The translations under genes were made by a program, and so were the position numbers. Shown piece by piece: positions 9,141 through 19,803 of a stretch of 64,000 bases of DNA (position 1 is the first letter of the stretch; every line of letters starts with the position of its first letter). Below the pieces are notes generated by a model. The model saw only the letters and a list, made by a program, of their open reading frames with translations. It made no database searches and was not told the origin of the DNA. The stretch covers positions 1 to 64,000 of the IMG/VR virus record IMGVR_UViG_3300033146_002768. The stretch is one strand, 5' to 3'.

Positions 9141-12100
9141 AGCGTTAAAACCGTATGCACATGTTGTTAATGGAGTACGATTTCCTCAAAGTATGAAGAC
9201 TCCATTTATAATAGTTTACTTTAGTGAAAATTCATCGCTGATGGATGATTATTCAAAGTTGAATATGGTTCGTGTTGATGCTAAAAAAGTTATTATTCCT
9301 AAAACTAAAATTCCATTTAGCTTTATTACTCCAGAAACTAAAAAAGCATATAAAGCTCATGGATTAGTTGCTTCTAGTTCGACACAAGCAATACCTCAAG
9401 GACAGAATTTAATATATGATCTTAGTTTATTCTTACAAACTCTTGAGGATGCGTATAAAAGTAAAAACTATAGAGCAAGAAGTGGATTTATATTAAAAAA
9501 TTTAATAAGTAAGATATTTAATTCATTCCCAAGTAACTATCAAAAAGTATTTATGTATTCAGTTGATGCTACTAAAGAGGTTAATAAATATATAGATAGA
9601 AAGATATTCCCTTTTATATTAGAAATGAAAAAGAATAATATTTATTATGATCATTTTGTAATGAATACTATTAGCGGATCTTCATCAAGATATAGATTAC
9701 TAATGAAAGACAGATCACTTAATTTCAATAAAGCTAATCTATATTTAAAAAATATTAAAATAATTGATACAGATGAAGAAGTTGATAATAAAGTGGAGGT
9801 AGCATCTAATACAGTTGTTAAGAAAATATCAGATGAAATTAGATCTTCTAATAAAAAAGTATTCAAACAATCCATTCAGAAATTTCTTGAAAAGAATCCT
9901 AAAGCGTTGGAAAAAACACATAATGGAGAAATTTCTGATAATGAGGCTAAAGATATTGCTATAGCATCTGTTCTATATAGATCAACTGGTGATATGAATA
10001 AAGCTAAAATAACAGCTAAAAATATTCCTGGTATCAAAAAATCTATTGGGTTAAAAGTTATTGATAAAAGGTTCGCTGATGAATTACTTCAACCTCAAAA
10101 AACAGAATTAACATCTGAAAAGTTAGTTGTTCAAATGCATAATGTTGCTAAAGCTGTAGGTAATAAATCTCCAGAGCATATTTTTGAAAAAAGAAAAATT
10201 GATTTTGAGACTAATTTAAAGAAAGATATTGTTAATTCATTTAAAGTATTAGAAACTAAAGGTGTTCCTTTAAAGTTTAAAAGTGTTAAAGTTATTAAAA
10301 AAGCAGTTAGACATGGTGATTTATCTCCATCAGATATTAGTACTATTCATGTAACTTTAGTTGATAAATTTAATAGAACACATACTGTATTAATTGATGT
10401 ACCAAATGTATCGGATGATGGAACATTTAAAATTAATGGTAAAAAGAAATGTCTTATTAATCAATTAGTACTATGTCCTATAACATTTCCTAAAAAATTA
10501 GATAGTAAATTTGAAAGTTCTTATTCAACATTCCATATTTGGAGTAAGAGAACTAAGAGGGAACAATATTTAGAAGCTTATATTGGATCGTATAAAGTCC
10601 CATTATTAGTATTGTTATCTTTCTCATTTGGGTTTAAAGAGACGTTAAAATTATATGATATTAGGTATAAGTTAACCGATATAAAACCTGATAAAGAGGT
10701 CAAATGGACTGTTAAAGTTGATGATAACAACTGGTTATTATTTGATAATATAAACAATAAATTAAAAGAAGAGATAATTCAATCTCTTATTCATACCGAT
10801 TTATATTCATATAAAGATAAAATAAAAAACGGTGAATTATTTAGCCATGAATATTTTAATAACTTAATTATTAAAATGTCAGGTCGTATTAATTCAACAT
10901 TCTTAATTCAATCAAACCTTGAAAACATTGTTGATCCTGTTGCTAAGCAAGTATTAATTAATAAACAACTACCAAGTGATTTATATTTAATTATGCAATA
11001 TATGTCAACTAAGGTTGTTGAAGGATATACTCAAAAGAGAAATGATATATCTAATCAAAGAATAAGAAACTCTGAGGTTATAGTTCATTTAGCTCAAAAA
11101 CAAATTCTAGCAGCTCATACTGAGTATAAAGAGCAAGTGTTATCTGGTAATAAAAAAGCTATTTTTGATATTTCTCAAACTAAAGTATTAAGTGATTTTA
11201 TTAACTCTGAAATTGTTGCTGATATGGAGTATGCAAATCCTATTGAGGAAATGGCTACCAAAACAAGAGTATCACCAGTAGGTAAAGCAGTAGGTGGGAT
11301 TCCTGATAAACAAGCTATCCAAAATGAGGGTAGAAATGTACATGATTCTATGTTTGGAAATATTGATACCCTTGATACACCAGAAGGTGAAAATGTTGGT
11401 ATTGTACAGCAGTTAACAGTTGATGCTTTTATAACATCAGCAAGGGGTATCATTCAAACTAAAGATAAAAAAGAAGGCGAAAACTCTGGTTTGTTATCTA
11501 CAACAGCTGCTCAAATTCCATTTGTTGAAAATAATGATGGTAACAGAGTTATGTTTGGGTGTAGTCAAATGAGACAGGCAGTCCCTTTAAGAAATCCAGA
11601 GACTCCAATGATTCAATCAGGGTATGAATCTATATTAACAAGCGTTTTATCAAGTGATTTTATTAAAAAAGCACCATGTAATGGAAAAGTAACAAGAGTT
11701 ACAAAAGATGAAATATCTATTAAATGCACCAGTGGCGGTAATAAAGTAATCCCAATCATTCCAGTTCATCTAAGATCAGGTTCTGGTAAAGATACATTGA
11801 GTGTTTTTAAACCAACAGTTAAACCTGGTAGTGTTGTAAAAACTAAACAAATTATAGCAGAAGGGTCTTGTATAACTGGTGGTTCTATTGCAACAGGAAG
11901 AAGTATGTGTGTTGCTTTAATGCCTTATAAAGGATTTAACTTTGAAGATGGTATTGTTATATCTGAAAGAATAGTTCGTGAAGGTGTTTTAAATTCATTA
12001 CATGGTATTGTTGAAGAAATTGAAATAGGTAAAGATGATAGAGTTGTATTTATAAATGAACTTGGTAAAGAAACTATTAAAGGTGAACCGCTTATAAGAA

Positions 12101-13227
12101 AAAGTATCGGTGAAATTGAGCAGCTAATTGGGTTTGAAGAAGAGGAAGAAGGAATTGAAGTTGTTTCTGGACATATGATTAAAAAATCTCCTGGTGGTAA
12201 AATTGTTGATATAGAAGTATTTAATAATTTAAAAGAAGGTAAATTTCCTGAACTTGATGCTTTATCTAAAAAGACTAGAAAAAGATATGGATTACTTCCT
12301 AAAGAAAAGTTTTCACAAAAAGGAGAAGTAATTAAAGGCATATTAATAAAATTCAAACTTGAACAAGAACTTCCTGTTGGTATTGGGGATAAATTAACTA
12401 ATAGACATGGAGCGAAAGGTATTGTTTCCTTAATTGAAAAAGATGAATTAATGCCAAGAACTTCAACTGGAGATCAAGTAGATATTATTTTAAACCCAAT
12501 TGGAGTAGTTGGACGTATGAATGTTGGTCAGTTATATGAATTATATACTGGACTAATCGCTAAAGAACTTGGTAGACAAATAATAAAACTTAATAATAAA
12601 GTTAAGATCGGTACATTATTAAATAAAGTTTTACCTCTTTTAGATATGACAAAAAATAAAGAGTTTAGTAAAACTTTTATTGCTAAATTTAGAGCTATGT
12701 CTGATTCTAAATTTAAATTATTTGTTAAACAAGTTAAAGATTCTGATTCATATACTATTATTATACCACCATTTAAAGCGCCTGCATATAAAGAGATATT
12801 AGCTGCATTGAAGGTTCTTGGTTTAAAAGGTGGATATAATTTAATGTTGCCAGAGTTTAATACAAGAACAAAGAGTAAAGTTCCATTAGGTTATATGTAT
12901 ATATTAAAATTAGAACATATAGCGAAAGACAAGTTGCACGCTCGTTCTACTGGTCCGGTTACTAGTAAAACTTTTCAGCCAACAGCTGGGAAAAAAAGAG
13001 AGGGTGGACAGAGAATGGGAGAACTTGATACTTACTCATTTATAAGCTATAATTGTCCAAACTTACTAGCAGAATTTTTTGGTCCTTTGTCTGATGATCA
13101 TATTACAAAAAATGAAATTTTATCAGATATTATACAAACAGGAGCCGCTAAATATCGTACTCCAAAAGCATCTCCAGTAAGAGATTTACTTAATAGTTAT
13201 TTTATAAGCTTAATGATATGGCGTTAG
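9127..13227 (+). CDS. rpoB: RNA polymerase beta subunit (set 1) with a long N-terminal extension
   Basis: DTPEGENVG, QMRQAVPL, GFNFEDG, GDKLTNRHGAKG, RMNVGQ, KLEH, GGQRMGELD. Confidence 0.95.
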   Translation: MIQFKALKPYAHVVNGVRFPQSMKTPFIIVYFSENSSLMDDYSKLNMVRVDAKKVIIPKTKIPFSFITPETKKAYKAHGLVASSSTQAIPQGQNLIYDLSLFLQTLEDAYKSKNYRARSGFILKNLISKIFNSFPSNYQKVFMYSVDATKEVNKYIDRKIFPFILEMKKNNIYYDHFVMNTISGSSSRYRLLMKDRSLNFNKANLYLKNIKIIDTDEEVDNKVEVASNTVVKKISDEIRSSNKKVFKQSIQKFLEKNPKALEKTHNGEISDNEAKDIAIASVLYRSTGDMNKAKITAKNIPGIKKSIGLKVIDKRFADELLQPQKTELTSEKLVVQMHNVAKAVGNKSPEHIFEKRKIDFETNLKKDIVNSFKVLETKGVPLKFKSVKVIKKAVRHGDLSPSDISTIHVTLVDKFNRTHTVLIDVPNVSDDGTFKINGKKKCLINQLVLCPITFPKKLDSKFESSYSTFHIWSKRTKREQYLEAYIGSYKVPLLVLLSFSFGFKETLKLYDIRYKLTDIKPDKEVKWTVKVDDNNWLLFDNINNKLKEEIIQSLIHTDLYSYKDKIKNGELFSHEYFNNLIIKMSGRINSTFLIQSNLENIVDPVAKQVLINKQLPSDLYLIMQYMSTKVVEGYTQKRNDISNQRIRNSEVIVHLAQKQILAAHTEYKEQVLSGNKKAIFDISQTKVLSDFINSEIVADMEYANPIEEMATKTRVSPVGKAVGGIPDKQAIQNEGRNVHDSMFGNIDTLDTPEGENVGIVQQLTVDAFITSARGIIQTKDKKEGENSGLLSTTAAQIPFVENNDGNRVMFGCSQMRQAVPLRNPETPMIQSGYESILTSVLSSDFIKKAPCNGKVTRVTKDEISIKCTSGGNKVIPIIPVHLRSGSGKDTLSVFKPTVKPGSVVKTKQIIAEGSCITGGSIATGRSMCVALMPYKGFNFEDGIVISERIVREGVLNSLHGIVEEIEIGKDDRVVFINELGKETIKGEPLIRKSIGEIEQLIGFEEEEEGIEVVSGHMIKKSPGGKIVDIEVFNNLKEGKFPELDALSKKTRKRYGLLPKEKFSQKGEVIKGILIKFKLEQELPVGIGDKLTNRHGAKGIVSLIEKDELMPRTSTGDQVDIILNPIGVVGRMNVGQLYELYTGLIAKELGRQIIKLNNKVKIGTLLNKVLPLLDMTKNKEFSKTFIAKFRAMSDSKFKLFVKQVKDSDSYTIIIPPFKAPAYKEILAALKVLGLKGGYNLMLPEFNTRTKSKVPLGYMYILKLEHIAKDKLHARSTGPVTSKTFQPTAGKKREGGQRMGELDTYSFISYNCPNLLAEFFGPLSDDHITKNEILSDIIQTGAAKYRTPKASPVRDLLNSYFISLMIWR

Positions 13228-13275
13228 TAAGAATATTTTTATAATCTAAGTAACAAATTATAAAAGGATATTATT

Positions 13276-14370
13276 ATGGAAATATGTGAATATGGTTGTG
13301 GTAAGGAAGCAATATATCAATTTAAAAATAAAAAATGGTGTTGTTCAAAAAATGTATCTAAATGTTCTGGTACAATTAATAAACTAAAAAATAGAAAAGT
13401 TTCTGATGAAACTCGAAAAAAACAATCAGCTTCATTAAAAGGTAAACTTCCATGGAACAAAGGAAAAGAATTATCTGAATCACATAAACTTAAAATAGGT
13501 TTAGGTAATAAAGGCAAAACTGTTTCTAAAGAAAGTAAAAAGAAAATGTCAGAATCAATGAAAGGTAAACAAAATAGATTAGGATTTGAATTATCTCAAG
13601 CAACTAAAAATAAAATATCTAATTCAAATAAAGGTAAAATTCCATGGAATTTAGGAAAAAGTCATTCATATGAAACTAGAAAAAAGATAGGATCTAAAAG
13701 TAAAAATAGATTTTGTTCTGATGATACTAGAGAAAAAATGAGATTATCAAAACTTGGTGAAAAAAATCATATGTTTGGAAGGAAACTTTCTAATGATCAA
13801 AAGTTAAAATTATTAGAATCTAATCAATATTCTATTAGAGATATTGAAAAAAAGTTTCCATTATTTTCTAAAATAGAAGAAATGAGATATAATCCAAATA
13901 ATCTTTTAGAGAATGAAATACAAGTACATTGTAAAAACCACAAATGCCAAAATTCAAAAGAACAAGGTGGTTGGTTTACTCCAATGAGATGGCAAATAAC
14001 ACATAGAATTCATAATATTGAAAAGGGTTTAGTTAATGATGGTTTATATTTCTATTGTTCTAACGAATGTAAATATGAATGTCCATTATATCATTCAAAA
14101 ATAAATACAAAAAATAATAAACCATATACACAAGAAGAATATCAAACTTTTAGACAACAAGTATTAAAACGAGAAGATGAAATTTGTGAGTATTGTGGAG
14201 AAAAAGCTACTCATGTTCATCATTCACGTCCTCAGAAATTAGAACCAGGTTTTGTTTTAGATCCTGATTTTGGAATAGCATGTTGTCAAAAGTGTCACTA
14301 TAAATATGGTCATAAAACTGGAACAGAATGTTCTACAGGAAATTTAGCAAATATTGTATGCTCTACTTAA
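13276..14370 (+). CDS. HNH endonuclease with NUMOD3 repeats
   Basis: CEYGCG, repeated PWNKGK/ETRKK motifs, CEYC...HVHH...CCQKCH. Confidence 0.8.
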   Translation: MEICEYGCGKEAIYQFKNKKWCCSKNVSKCSGTINKLKNRKVSDETRKKQSASLKGKLPWNKGKELSESHKLKIGLGNKGKTVSKESKKKMSESMKGKQNRLGFELSQATKNKISNSNKGKIPWNLGKSHSYETRKKIGSKSKNRFCSDDTREKMRLSKLGEKNHMFGRKLSNDQKLKLLESNQYSIRDIEKKFPLFSKIEEMRYNPNNLLENEIQVHCKNHKCQNSKEQGGWFTPMRWQITHRIHNIEKGLVNDGLYFYCSNECKYECPLYHSKINTKNNKPYTQEEYQTFRQQVLKREDEICEYCGEKATHVHHSRPQKLEPGFVLDPDFGIACCQKCHYKYGHKTGTECSTGNLANIVCST

Positions 14371-14415
14371 TAAAGCAGAGCTTAATTAATAATATATATA
14401 GAATGGAGAAGAACA

Positions 14416-14757
14416 ATGGAAAAGAAAGATGGCGGGAATATAAGTCACTGGCAATTACATCATTTGAAGTTTCCTGAAGAAGATAGAGTAGCATTTGAGT
14501 CTTATAATTCAGAAGTTGATTTTGATAATATAATGATGGTTACTGGAACAGTTGTTAATGAACCAACAGAGAGATGGAACCCTGGCGACCATTTTAGATC
14601 ATCTATGATAATTGAGGTTGATAGAAAAAATAATACTATTGAAACTTTAAATACTATTTATCATTTTGATCCTAAAACAGAAGGTCAAGATACAATTTTT
14701 GATATTGAAACAGGTAATAAAGATATGGGCAATAAAGTTCTTGGTATATTTTATTAA
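14416..14757 (+). CDS. Hypothetical protein
   Basis: ORF with GGAG RBS. Confidence 0.6.
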   Translation: MEKKDGGNISHWQLHHLKFPEEDRVAFESYNSEVDFDNIMMVTGTVVNEPTERWNPGDHFRSSMIIEVDRKNNTIETLNTIYHFDPKTEGQDTIFDIETGNKDMGNKVLGIFY

Positions 14758-14765
14758 GGAGTATT

Positions 14766-15353
14766 ATGGATAATCTTCAAGTATTAGCAGGATCATCATT
14801 ACCTTTACCAGAAGATGATGATCCCAACCAAAATAATTTAAATTATGAAGCTTCTATTGAATATGATGGAATGGAAGTTGTTTCTGCTATTGGTACGTCA
14901 GAATTTAAAGAAATTTATATGTTATTTATAAATGGATTAAAACAAATGGCAATTGTCGACCAAAGAAGATTATGTTTAGATATTTTAGAAAAAGTTAAAG
15001 AAGTTTATGAATATGAATTTCTTCCTCACCCAGAATTAGAACATCAACTAAATATGAATAATGTATATGATTTGATAAAATTTCTCAATTATGATTATAC
15101 TGATTTCTTTGGAGATGTTTGGATGTATCAAAGAGGTATTAATTTAAAGACCATAAATGTAGAAAGTTATTGCAAACGTAATTCTGATTTAATAATAACA
15201 GAAGTTGAAGACCAGTTAAATTCACGAGATTTATCTGAGATGGTTTCTTTATTCCTTAGAACATATAATAAAGACAATCTTATAGAGTGGTTTATTGAAG
15301 CTACTGAAAAACAGAAAATGTTAATTTATTTAAGAATAATGGAGGAAAGCTAA
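14766..15353 (+). CDS. Hypothetical protein
   Basis: ORF with AAGGAG RBS. Confidence 0.65.
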   Translation: MDNLQVLAGSSLPLPEDDDPNQNNLNYEASIEYDGMEVVSAIGTSEFKEIYMLFINGLKQMAIVDQRRLCLDILEKVKEVYEYEFLPHPELEHQLNMNNVYDLIKFLNYDYTDFFGDVWMYQRGINLKTINVESYCKRNSDLIITEVEDQLNSRDLSEMVSLFLRTYNKDNLIEWFIEATEKQKMLIYLRIMEES

Positions 15354-15613
15354 TGGCAGAAGAAAAATATACTCTCACGGTTAAGAGAGGAAATATAGAA
15401 TTTACAATTGATAGAAAAGATGTTTTGGCGACAGATGAGACACCAGATGGAATAACTTTTAAATTTCAAGGCGGAGTTATTATGTCGATTGAAGATCTTC
15501 ATATGCCTCAGGATGTCAAACAAAGAGTTGCAATGGCTGATACTGGATTTAAGAAAGGAAATTTGTTATTTAATTTAAATGATTATAGGAACCCAGTATC
15601 ATTAACTCAGTAG
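15353..15613 (+). CDS. Hypothetical protein
   Basis: Coupled ORF (TAATG) with GGAGG RBS. Confidence 0.65.
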   Translation: MAEEKYTLTVKRGNIEFTIDRKDVLATDETPDGITFKFQGGVIMSIEDLHMPQDVKQRVAMADTGFKKGNLLFNLNDYRNPVSLTQ

Positions 15614-15851
15614 GAAAAATAATTTTAAAACTCAAGAACTATATATATTAATATACATAATACAACACAAGTATTTGTATTATAATTCACTTAAAAACTC
15701 ACTTAATAACACAAAATTTAACACACAAGGAAACTCCATATTTGACATATTCTAATATTTAGAAAATGATGATATGCTTTTTCCTGTGTCGGAAAGGAGG
15801 AAGTTCGTATTTTCATAATTTATAAACATTCATTTTATTAAGGATGGAAAG

Positions 15852-16040
15852 GTGTCACTTGGTATGTCGAATAATAATACATTAAAGAAAAGTGTAACCA
15901 AAATTAAAAATAAAGTTATTAACTGGTTACATGTTGCTAATTTGAAGCAACTTTTAGAGATAAGTAAGTTTATTGGAATTCGCATTAGTTCTGAAGATTT
16001 AAAAAAGTTGAACGATAAAATTGATAAGGACCAGGGTTAG
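15852..16040 (+). CDS. Possible small basic protein
   Basis: Short ORF inside an otherwise non-coding region; start uncertain. Confidence 0.35.
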   Translation: MSLGMSNNNTLKKSVTKIKNKVINWLHVANLKQLLEISKFIGIRISSEDLKKLNDKIDKDQG

Positions 16041-16070
16041 ATCACCTGAATCTCTATTAATTCACATGCC

Positions 16071-16176
16071 AAATAAAAGTTATAATATGATTGTATCATC
16101 TATTATAATTTTATTTCTAACAACGTTATAATTAGTTTATCAAGCATTTGTCCTTGATCTTCTATTTATAATTACG
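16071..16176 (+). other. Two adjacent imperfect stem-loops
   Basis: AAATAAAA(G)TTATAAT/ATTATAATTTTATTT (16071-16116); a second weaker hairpin centred on ATCAAG/CTTGAT (about 16124-16176). Confidence 0.5.
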
Positions 16177-16202
16177 ACGAATAAATCTTTTGTAATCAAC
16201 TA

Positions 16203-16310
16203 GCATGACTAGTTCGGTGCCTTAAGTTTATTTCATATGATTTGTCTAATACATTAGTTTGTATTGGGTATTTTATATGAAATAAACTTAAGGCACTGGA
16301 TTGGTCATGT
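16203..16310 (+). ncRNA. Long RNA hairpin (candidate structured RNA or regulatory element)
   Basis: Perfect 22-bp inverted repeat 16217-16238/16275-16296. The flanking stem extensions pair through G-U wobbles on the + strand. Confidence 0.55.
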
Positions 16311-16369
16311 ATGTTAATAAGACACTAAAACTTTTTGTCGTTTTTTGTCGCTTGAAAAAAGGATATATT

Positions 16370-16939
16370 ATGAAATTAATTACAACAGAAAAATTTATAG
16401 AAAAATTAGAATGTGATATTTATCCAATCACACTTGTCAAATTTCTATTAAATAAAAGAAAGATATTAGATTATTTTTCAAAAGCAGCGAAAGATGACTT
16501 TTATTTAAAAGGACTAAAATATAAAGTCGATCATACTGATTGTCCTGTATGTTTACAAAAGAAAGATATGTTATGCAGACAACACACATCTATTCAAAGA
16601 GTTTTAAATACAGATACAGTTGCTTTTGATATGGATACTAAAGTTTTCTTTTATAAAAATGAGATTTTCAAAATGGTAGGAAATAGATTAGTTATTATAT
16701 ATTGTCCTCACCCAAAGTTGATTGATGGAGTTATAACTGATAAAAAAGTTAGAAAAATAATTCCTATCACTATTGAAGATCCTGAATTGATTGAATTGCC
16801 AGAGTATACAACTATAGTAAAATTTGTAGCGTCTCAGTTAGAAGATCAACATATGAAATGTTGGTTTAATAATGAATTTTATTTAGCAACTATGCCTGGC
16901 GAAAAAATAATAAACTTTTGTTTAATACCAAATAACTAA
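16370..16939 (+). CDS. Hypothetical protein with a CxxC...CxxH possible Zn site
   Basis: AAGGA RBS before ATG 16370; CPVC...LCRQH. Confidence 0.6.
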   Translation: MKLITTEKFIEKLECDIYPITLVKFLLNKRKILDYFSKAAKDDFYLKGLKYKVDHTDCPVCLQKKDMLCRQHTSIQRVLNTDTVAFDMDTKVFFYKNEIFKMVGNRLVIIYCPHPKLIDGVITDKKVRKIIPITIEDPELIELPEYTTIVKFVASQLEDQHMKCWFNNEFYLATMPGEKIINFCLIPNN

Positions 16940-16958
16940 AATAATAGGAGAACACGTT

Positions 16959-17915
16959 ATGGGACAAGATTTTAATGAGTATGCAGATTTAGGTCAAACA
17001 GGTTACAAGAGTACTGAACCCGTAAAACCCGAAGATGAATTTTTCCATTCACTATATATTTCTGGAGTTTCAAGACAGAATCATATTAATGTAACGGAAG
17101 AAGCTGGCAAAATGCAGATTAGAGGAATTCAATATAATCTAACAGATGTTAATATGATTATAACTCATGTTAAAAAGATTCTTTGTAAAAATGAAACTGG
17201 TGCTGACCAAAAACAAAAAGTTGGTTGTTTCAGTTTTAAGAAAGAACCTCAACCACCTTGGGTTGGTTGGAATAACAGAGTATGTGGTACTAACTCTGCT
17301 GAAAGAGCTGCAAATTCTTTTTGTAAAGACTGTAGAGAACAGATAATTGTGGCTGGTATTTTTGTTGATGATGCAGGAAATCCAATTCTTCATGCAGAAA
17401 CCAAATCACCATTGTTTATATTTTTAAGAGGTAGAGGAATGAAATATAATAATGTTTCACAATTCCTTGCTGATTGTTATAAAGAAGAAGTTGTAAACCC
17501 AATCTTCTTACCTGCAACTCCAGAAAGTACTGAGTTCGAAAAGATTGCTGTAAATAATAAAAGAGCTGTTACAAAAATTGGTATGGGGAAAGCTAAATCT
17601 AACTATGGTGATAAAGATGTATTTACATTCACCAAAGGAACTATATTAGATAATCAATCAATTTTCAATATCCTTGAAATTTCTAAGAAGTCTTTAGCTA
17701 AATTCAATGAGAAATTTGATTGGAGTAAACCTACTACAGAACCTGCTGGAACAACTGGATATGCTGATGCTGGTGGTCCTCTTGGTCAACCTGTAGATCA
17801 ATCAAATGTTATTCCAGAAGCAAAAGTTGAAGAAGGAGCGGCACCTAAAGAAACTGCAGCACCTCAACAACAAACTGCTCAACCTACATTTAATTTTGAA
17901 GATATTAAATTTTAA
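16959..17915 (+). CDS. Probable single-stranded DNA-binding protein
   Basis: Globular domain with Cys cluster, then a P/A/Q-rich flexible tail ending in acidic-aromatic FNFEDIKF, typical of phage SSBs. Confidence 0.5.
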   Translation: MGQDFNEYADLGQTGYKSTEPVKPEDEFFHSLYISGVSRQNHINVTEEAGKMQIRGIQYNLTDVNMIITHVKKILCKNETGADQKQKVGCFSFKKEPQPPWVGWNNRVCGTNSAERAANSFCKDCREQIIVAGIFVDDAGNPILHAETKSPLFIFLRGRGMKYNNVSQFLADCYKEEVVNPIFLPATPESTEFEKIAVNNKRAVTKIGMGKAKSNYGDKDVFTFTKGTILDNQSIFNILEISKKSLAKFNEKFDWSKPTTEPAGTTGYADAGGPLGQPVDQSNVIPEAKVEEGAAPKETAAPQQQTAQPTFNFEDIKF

Positions 17916-17923
17916 TCGAAAAA

Positions 17924-17964
17924 TAATATGATCTTTCTCTAATAGAATGAGGGAGATCATATTA
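17924..17964 (+). terminator. Stem-loop after the SSB-like gene
   Basis: TAATATGATCTTTCTC / GAGGGAGATCATATTA with G-U pairs. Confidence 0.55.
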
Positions 17965-18006
17965 ATCCAATGAAGGTTTTATTAATTAAAATCGGAGGAT
18001 GCTACT

Positions 18007-18363
18007 ATGAAAGATCCATGTGAAGATTGTTTAGTTAAAATTGTTTGTATTAGAATGTGTCCAAAAGTTATTAAATTCTATAAAGATCGAGTTAGGTTAA
18101 GACCTAAACATGAAGTTGAATTGGCTACTGGTTATCATTGGGAAGATGATTATACTGATAAAGATGGCAAAGTTCATATTTCAGGTACAATGAATAGAAT
18201 AGAAATAACTAAAAAAGAAGAAGAAGTTGATGAAAAAGAGAAAAGATTATTCGACTTAGAATCAGCAAGAATTAAGAAAAAATCAAAAAAGAAAGAATCA
18301 ACTGGATTCATAAAAATAACACCCAGGTTTATTGCAGCATTTTCACAATGGTTAAAAACATGA
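18007..18363 (+). CDS. Small Cys-motif protein (PCxxCLVxxxCxxxC family)
   Basis: DPCEDCLVKIVCIRMC. Confidence 0.6.
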   Translation: MKDPCEDCLVKIVCIRMCPKVIKFYKDRVRLRPKHEVELATGYHWEDDYTDKDGKVHISGTMNRIEITKKEEEVDEKEKRLFDLESARIKKKSKKKESTGFIKITPRFIAAFSQWLKT

Positions 18364-18569
18364 AGAATCCATGTGAAGAATGTTTAGTAAGAGTTAGGTG
18401 TTGTAAAATGTGTGAAAAAGTTAAACCGATTTGGGGTAAAAGATTAAATAATTATCCCAACGCTTTATCTGCTTTAGCTAAATTGTCAAAAGAATTAAGA
18501 GTTAAGAAAACCATATACTGGTGGTTTGAGAAATTAATTGAAGAGTCAAAAGAAAGGAAAATGTTATGA
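18360..18569 (+). CDS. Small Cys-motif protein (PCxxCLVxxxCxxxC family)
   Basis: NPCEECLVRVRCCKMC; ATGA overlap with the previous gene. Confidence 0.6.
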   Translation: MKNPCEECLVRVRCCKMCEKVKPIWGKRLNNYPNALSALAKLSKELRVKKTIYWWFEKLIEESKERKML

Positions 18570-19792
18570 GTACAACCGAAGAACAAAAATACTTTGAACG
18601 CTTGAATATTCCGGTTTTATCAATTGAAGGAATAAAGAATTTAATTAGAGATGATATAGTGGATACTTTAGCGGCTTGGAAAAGAGGACGTGATGTTGAT
18701 AAACAGTGTTTCCATATTATTGGACCTGCTGGAGTTGGTAAGACAGCCATTTGTGACCAGTTAAGAGCAGAGTTATCAGAAATAACTCAGAAACCATTTG
18801 AAATGATTATGTTGAAATCACCAGTATTATCAAGAGATGATATAATGATTCCATTTCCAGTTGTAGGTAATGGTAATAGAACATTTGAAATGTTATATTC
18901 AGACTTTGTTCCTCAAGGTGAAGATACTTTTGGATTATTTGTTATTGATGAATGTTCACGTGGAGATCATTCTCTACAACAAATGTTTTGGCAAGTACAA
19001 AATGAATACAAAATTCATTTAAAGGATTTTCCAAAAGGTTGGTTTGTTATAACAACTGATAACCCAGATGATTCTGAATATCAAATGGACACAATGGAAG
19101 ATGCTGCAGGGCTTAGAAGACAACTTCATCTTTATACAGAAGTTAGTACAAGAGATTTCCTTGCATTTGCTGATGAAGCAGAATTTCATCCATTAATCAT
19201 TGAATTTATATCAACGAATCCTGAGTATATTTATGATTTTCAAGCTCAGAAAATTGGATCAGTATTTGCAAATCCTGCAAGTTATGAAAAACTTTCAGAA
19301 CATCTTTGGAAAATTGATAAAGATGAGAAACAAAACTTTTCAACAAATGATATGAATAGAATAGAGGCATTAGCATCTGGTCTATTGAATGTAAATAAAG
19401 CAAGATTGTTTATTGAATTTGCAATGGAAGGTAAAGATATTAATCCAAAAGATATATTCTTCAATTATCCAAAAGTTAGGAAAAATATTAAAGAACTTAT
19501 CACTAAGAAAGATAATGCAGGTATTTCAAAAGTAGTTGGTAGTTTTATTAATTATATGACTGCTTCGATGCCTGAATATAAAAAAGATGGAAAAGAAGTA
19601 GGGTATGCAGGTGAATTTCTGACTTCGGTCCCAATTGATGCAGCAGCATTATTTGTTACAACAATTGACGGTTTGGATAGAGAATCTAAGCGATTTCTCT
19701 ACATGACTGATTTACACATTGAGCTTATGAAACAGGGAGCATATAAAAACGGATTCTATGATGATATAATTAAACTTAGTGAGCGAGAATAA
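18566..19792 (+). CDS. MoxR-like AAA+ ATPase
   Basis: Walker A GPAGVGKT, Walker B FVIDE, TTDNP, LRR; adjacent to a vWA gene. Confidence 0.8.
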   Translation: MSTTEEQKYFERLNIPVLSIEGIKNLIRDDIVDTLAAWKRGRDVDKQCFHIIGPAGVGKTAICDQLRAELSEITQKPFEMIMLKSPVLSRDDIMIPFPVVGNGNRTFEMLYSDFVPQGEDTFGLFVIDECSRGDHSLQQMFWQVQNEYKIHLKDFPKGWFVITTDNPDDSEYQMDTMEDAAGLRRQLHLYTEVSTRDFLAFADEAEFHPLIIEFISTNPEYIYDFQAQKIGSVFANPASYEKLSEHLWKIDKDEKQNFSTNDMNRIEALASGLLNVNKARLFIEFAMEGKDINPKDIFFNYPKVRKNIKELITKKDNAGISKVVGSFINYMTASMPEYKKDGKEVGYAGEFLTSVPIDAAALFVTTIDGLDRESKRFLYMTDLHIELMKQGAYKNGFYDDIIKLSERE

Positions 19793-19803
19793 AAGGTGAA
19801 GGT

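Noticed and set aside
14385-15655. CTATATATATT motif in opposite orientations (about 14391 and 15639) as a phage promoter
   Set aside because: Low-complexity AT sequence with only two copies, one pointing against gene direction; insufficient support.
15614-16369. CRISPR array, tRNA or replication origin in the long intergenic region
   Set aside because: No regularly spaced repeats or cloverleaf were seen, and an origin cannot be supported from sequence alone.
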